64,000 nt of DNA. Source: Eledone cirrhosa (taxonomy: Eukaryota). The stretch covers positions 13,578,001-13,642,000 of the forward strand of contig OZ024749.1 in NCBI GenBank assembly GCA_964016885.1, read 5' to 3'. Position numbers and translations under genes: made by a program. Numbering within the stretch: position 1 is the stretch's first letter; every line of letters starts with the position of its first letter. Shown here one piece after another: positions 59,601 through 64,000 of this stretch. Under the pieces are notes generated by a model, which was not told the DNA's origin, did not search any database, and saw only the letters and a program-made list of their open reading frames with translations.

Positions 59601-62600
59601 TATGGTATATATAGTCTATACAGTATATATAGTATCGTACAGTAATAACCTATGGTATATATAGTCTATACAGTATATATGATATCGTACAGTAATAACC
59701 TATGGTATATATAGTCTATACAGTATATATTATATCGTACAGTAATAACCTATGGTATATATAGTCTATACAGTATATATGATATCGTACAGTAATAACC
59801 TATGGCATATATAATATATACAGTATATATGGTATCGTACAGTAATAAACTCTGGGTTATATAGTCTATGCAGTATATATGGAATCGTACAGTAATAACA
59901 TATGGTATATATAATATATACAGTATATATGGTATCGTACAGTAATAAACTCTGGGTTATATAGTCTATACAGTATATATGGAATCGTACAGTAATAAAC
60001 TATGGTATATATAGACTATACAGTATATATGATATCGTACAGTAATAACCTATGTTAATATATATAGTATATACAGTATATATGGTATCGTACTGTAACA
60101 ACCTATGATATATATAGTATATACAGTATATATGGTATCGTACAGTAATAACCTATTGTATATATAGTATATAGTATATAGATAGTGTCGTACAGTAATA
60201 AGCTATTGTATATATAGTCTATACAGTATATATGTTATCGTACAGTAATAAACTATGGTATATATAGTCTATACAGTATATATAGTATCGTACAGTAATA
60301 ACCTATTGTATATATAGTCTATACAGTATGTATGGTATCGTACAGTAATAAACTATGGTATATATAGTCTATACAGTATATATGGTATCGTACAGTAATA
60401 ACCTATTGTATATATAGATTATACAGTATATATGGTATCGTACAGTAATAACCTATTGTATATATAGTCTATACAGTATATATTGTATCGTACAGTAATA
60501 ACATATGGTATATATAGTCTATACAGTATATATAGTATCGTACAGTAATAACCTAAGGTATATATTGTCTATACAGTATATATGATATCGTACAGTAATA
60601 ACATATGGTATATATAGTCTATACAGTATATATAGTATTCTTACAGTAATAACCTATGGTATATATAGTCTATACAGTATATATAGTATCGTACAGTAAT
60701 AACCTATGGTATATATAGTCAATACAGTATATTTAGTATCGTACAGTAATAAATTATGGTATATATAGTCGATACAGTATATATAATATCGTACACTAAT
60801 AACCTATGGTATATATAGTCTATACAGTATATATGGTATCGTACAGTAATAACCTATGCTATATATAGTCTATACAGTATATATAGTATCGTACAGTAAT
60901 AACCTATGGTATATATAATCTATAGAGTATGTATGGTATCGTACAGTAATAAACTATGGTATATATAGTATATACAGTATATATGGTATCGTACAGTAAT
61001 AACCTATGGTATATATAGTCTATACAGTATATATGGTATCGTACAGTAATAACCTACTGTATATATAGTCTATACAGTATATATGGTATCGTACAGTAAT
61101 AATATATGGTATATATAGTCTATACAGTATATATAGTATCATACAGTAATAACCTATGGTATATATAGTCTATACAATATATATAGTATCGTGCAGTAAT
61201 AACCTATAGTATATATAGTCTATACAGTATATATGGTATCGTACAGTAATAACCTATAGTATATATAGTCTATACAGTATGTATGGTATTGTACAGTAAT
61301 AAACTATGGTATATATAGTCTATACAGTATATATGGTATCATACAGTAATAAACTATGGTATATATAGTCTATACAGTATATATGCTATCGTACAGTAAT
61401 AAAAAAAAAAGGTATATATAGTCTATACAGTATAGATGGTATCGTACAGTATTAATCTATGGTATATATAGTCTATACAGTATATATGGTATCGTACAGT
61501 AATAACCTGCGGTATATATAGTCTATACAGTATATATGATATCGTACAGTAATAACCTATGGTATATATAGTCTATACAGTATATATAGTATCGTACAGT
61601 AATAACCTATGGTATATATAGTCTATACAGTATGTATGGTATCGTACAGTAATAATCTATGGTATATATAGTCTATACAGTATATATAGTATCGTACAGT
61701 AATAAACTATGGTATATATAGTCTATACAGTATATTTTGTATCGTACAGTAATAAACTATGGTATATATAGTCTATACAGTATATATAATATCGTACAGT
61801 AATAACCTATGGTATATATAGTCTATACAGTATATATGTTATCGTACAGTAATAACCTATGGTATATATAGTCTATAGAGTATATATGGTATCGTACAGT
61901 AATAAACTATGGTATATATAGTCTATACAGTATATATGGTATCGTACAGTGATAAACTATGGTATATATAGTCTATACAGTATATATAGTATCGTACAGT
62001 AATAACCTATGGTATATATAGTCTATAAAGTATATATAGAATCGTACAGTAATAACCTATGGTATATATAGTCTATACATTATATATGATATCGTACAGT
62101 AATAACCTATGGTATATATAATCTATACAGTATAGATAGTATCGTACAGTAATAAGCTATGGTATATATAGTCTATACAGTATATATAGTATCGTACAAT
62201 AATAAACTATGGTATATATAGTCTATACAGTATATATGGTATCGTACAGTAATAAACTATGGTATATATAGTCTATATCGTATATATGGTATCGTACAGT
62301 AATAAACTATGGTATATATAGTCTATACAGTATACATGGTATCGTACAGTAATAACCTATAGTATATATAGTCTATACAGAATATATGTTATCGTACAGT
62401 AATAAGCTATGGTATATATAGTCTATACAGTATATATAGTATCGTACAGTAATAACCTACTGTATATATAGTCCATACAGTATATATGGTACGTACAGTA
62501 GAAACGTATGGTATATATAACCTATACAGTATATTTAGTATCGTACAGTAATAAATTATGGTATATATAGTCTATACAGTATATATAGTATCATACAGTA

Positions 62601-64000
62601 ATAACCTATGGTATATATAGTCTATACAGTATGTATGGTATCGTACAGTAATAAACTATGGTATATATAGTCTATACAGTATATATGGTATCGTACAGTA
62701 ATAACCTATTGTATATATAGATTATACAGTATATATGGTATCGTACAGTAATAACCTATTGTATATATAGTCTATACAGTATATATTGTATCGTACAGTA
62801 ATAACATATGGTATATATAGTCTATACAGTATATATAGTATCGTACAGTAATAACCTAAGGTATATATTGTCTATACAGTATATATGATATCGTACAGTA
62901 ATAACATATGGTATATATAGTCTATACAGTATATATAGTATTCTTACAGTAATAACCTATGGTATATATAGTCTATACTATATATATAGTATCGTACAGT
63001 AATAACCTATGGTATATATAGTCTATACAGTATATTTAGTATCGTACAGTAATAAATTATGGTATATATAGTCGATACAGTATATATAATATCGTACACT
63101 AATAACCTATGGTATATATAGTCTATACAGTATATATGGTATCGTACAGTAATAACCTATGCTATATATAGTCTATACAGTATATATAGTATCGTACAGT
63201 AATAACCTATGGTATATATAATCTATAGAGTATGTATGGTATCGTACAGTAATAAACTATGGTATATATAGTATATACAGTATATATGGTATCGTACAGT
63301 AATAACCTATGGTATATATAGTCTATACAGTATATATGGTATCGTACAGTAATAACCTACTGTATATATAGTCTATACAGTATATATGGTATCGTACAGT
63401 AATAATATATGGTATATATAGTCTATACAGTATATATAGTATCGTACAGTAATAACCTATGGTATATATAGTCTATACAATATATATAGTATCGTACAGT
63501 AATAACCTATAGTATATATAGTCTATACAGTATATATGGTATCGTACAGTAATAACCTATAGTATATATAGTCTATACAGTATGTATGGTATTGTACAGT
63601 AATAAACTATGGTATATATAGTCTATACAGTATATATGGTATCATACAGTAATAAACTATGGTATATATAGTCTATACAGTATATATGCTATCGTACAGT
63701 AATAAGAAAAAAAAGGTATATATAGTCTATACAGTATAGATGGTATCGTACAGTATTAATCTATGGTATATATAGTCTATGCAGTATATATGGTATCGTA
63801 CAGTAATAACCTGCGGTATATATAGTCTATACAGTATATATGATATCGTACAGTAATAACCTATGGTATATATAGTCTATACAGTATATATAGTATCGTA
63901 CAGTAATAACCTATGGTATATATAGTCTATACAGTATGTATGGTATCGTACAGTAATAATCTATGGTATATATAGTCTATACAGTATATATAGTATCGTA
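44665..64000. repeat. 50-bp AT-rich satellite array (>19 kb, roughly 385 monomers, runs off the window)
   Basis: Consensus cgtacagtaataacctatggtatatatagtctatacagtatatatggtat. It includes 30-bp deletion monomers and kb-scale higher-order repeats. Confidence 0.98.

Noticed and set aside
44665-64000. CRISPR array or telomeric repeat
   Set aside because: There are no spacers or cas genes and no TTAGGG-like unit; this is a tandem satellite.

Overview
This is a repeat-dominated, AT-rich eukaryotic window with no intact host gene. The SINE types and extreme (TA)n/(CA)n density suggest an octopod cephalopod, which is an inference. Positions 1-44.6 kb are a mosaic of microsatellites and decayed transposons: Tx1/L1-clade and RTE LINE fragments, two tRNA-derived SINE families, a 4.5-kb C-rich Penelope-like element (PLE; RT + GIY-YIG), a hAT transposase pseudogene, two Helitrons, and a Merlin-like MITE carrying a LINE fragment. 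Positions 44.67-64 kb are a 50-bp satellite with kb-scale higher-order repeats. The most notable signal is a set of mutually unrelated, short non-coding elements embedded in (TA)n tracts. Each carries a hammerhead ribozyme core (CTGAnGA-stem II-GAAA-stem III-NTH) 30-170 nt before its 3' junction with the TA tract, and many have a 5' inverted (foldback) copy of themselves. They look like a diverse, TA-targeted retrozyme/mini-PLE system, possibly mobilised by PLEs like the one present here. Also seen are (TA)n-centred inverted duplications and a candidate 21-nt microexon or recursive splice site. Almost all ORFs in the supplied track are microsatellite artefacts. All alignments and folds were done by eye; no database search was run.
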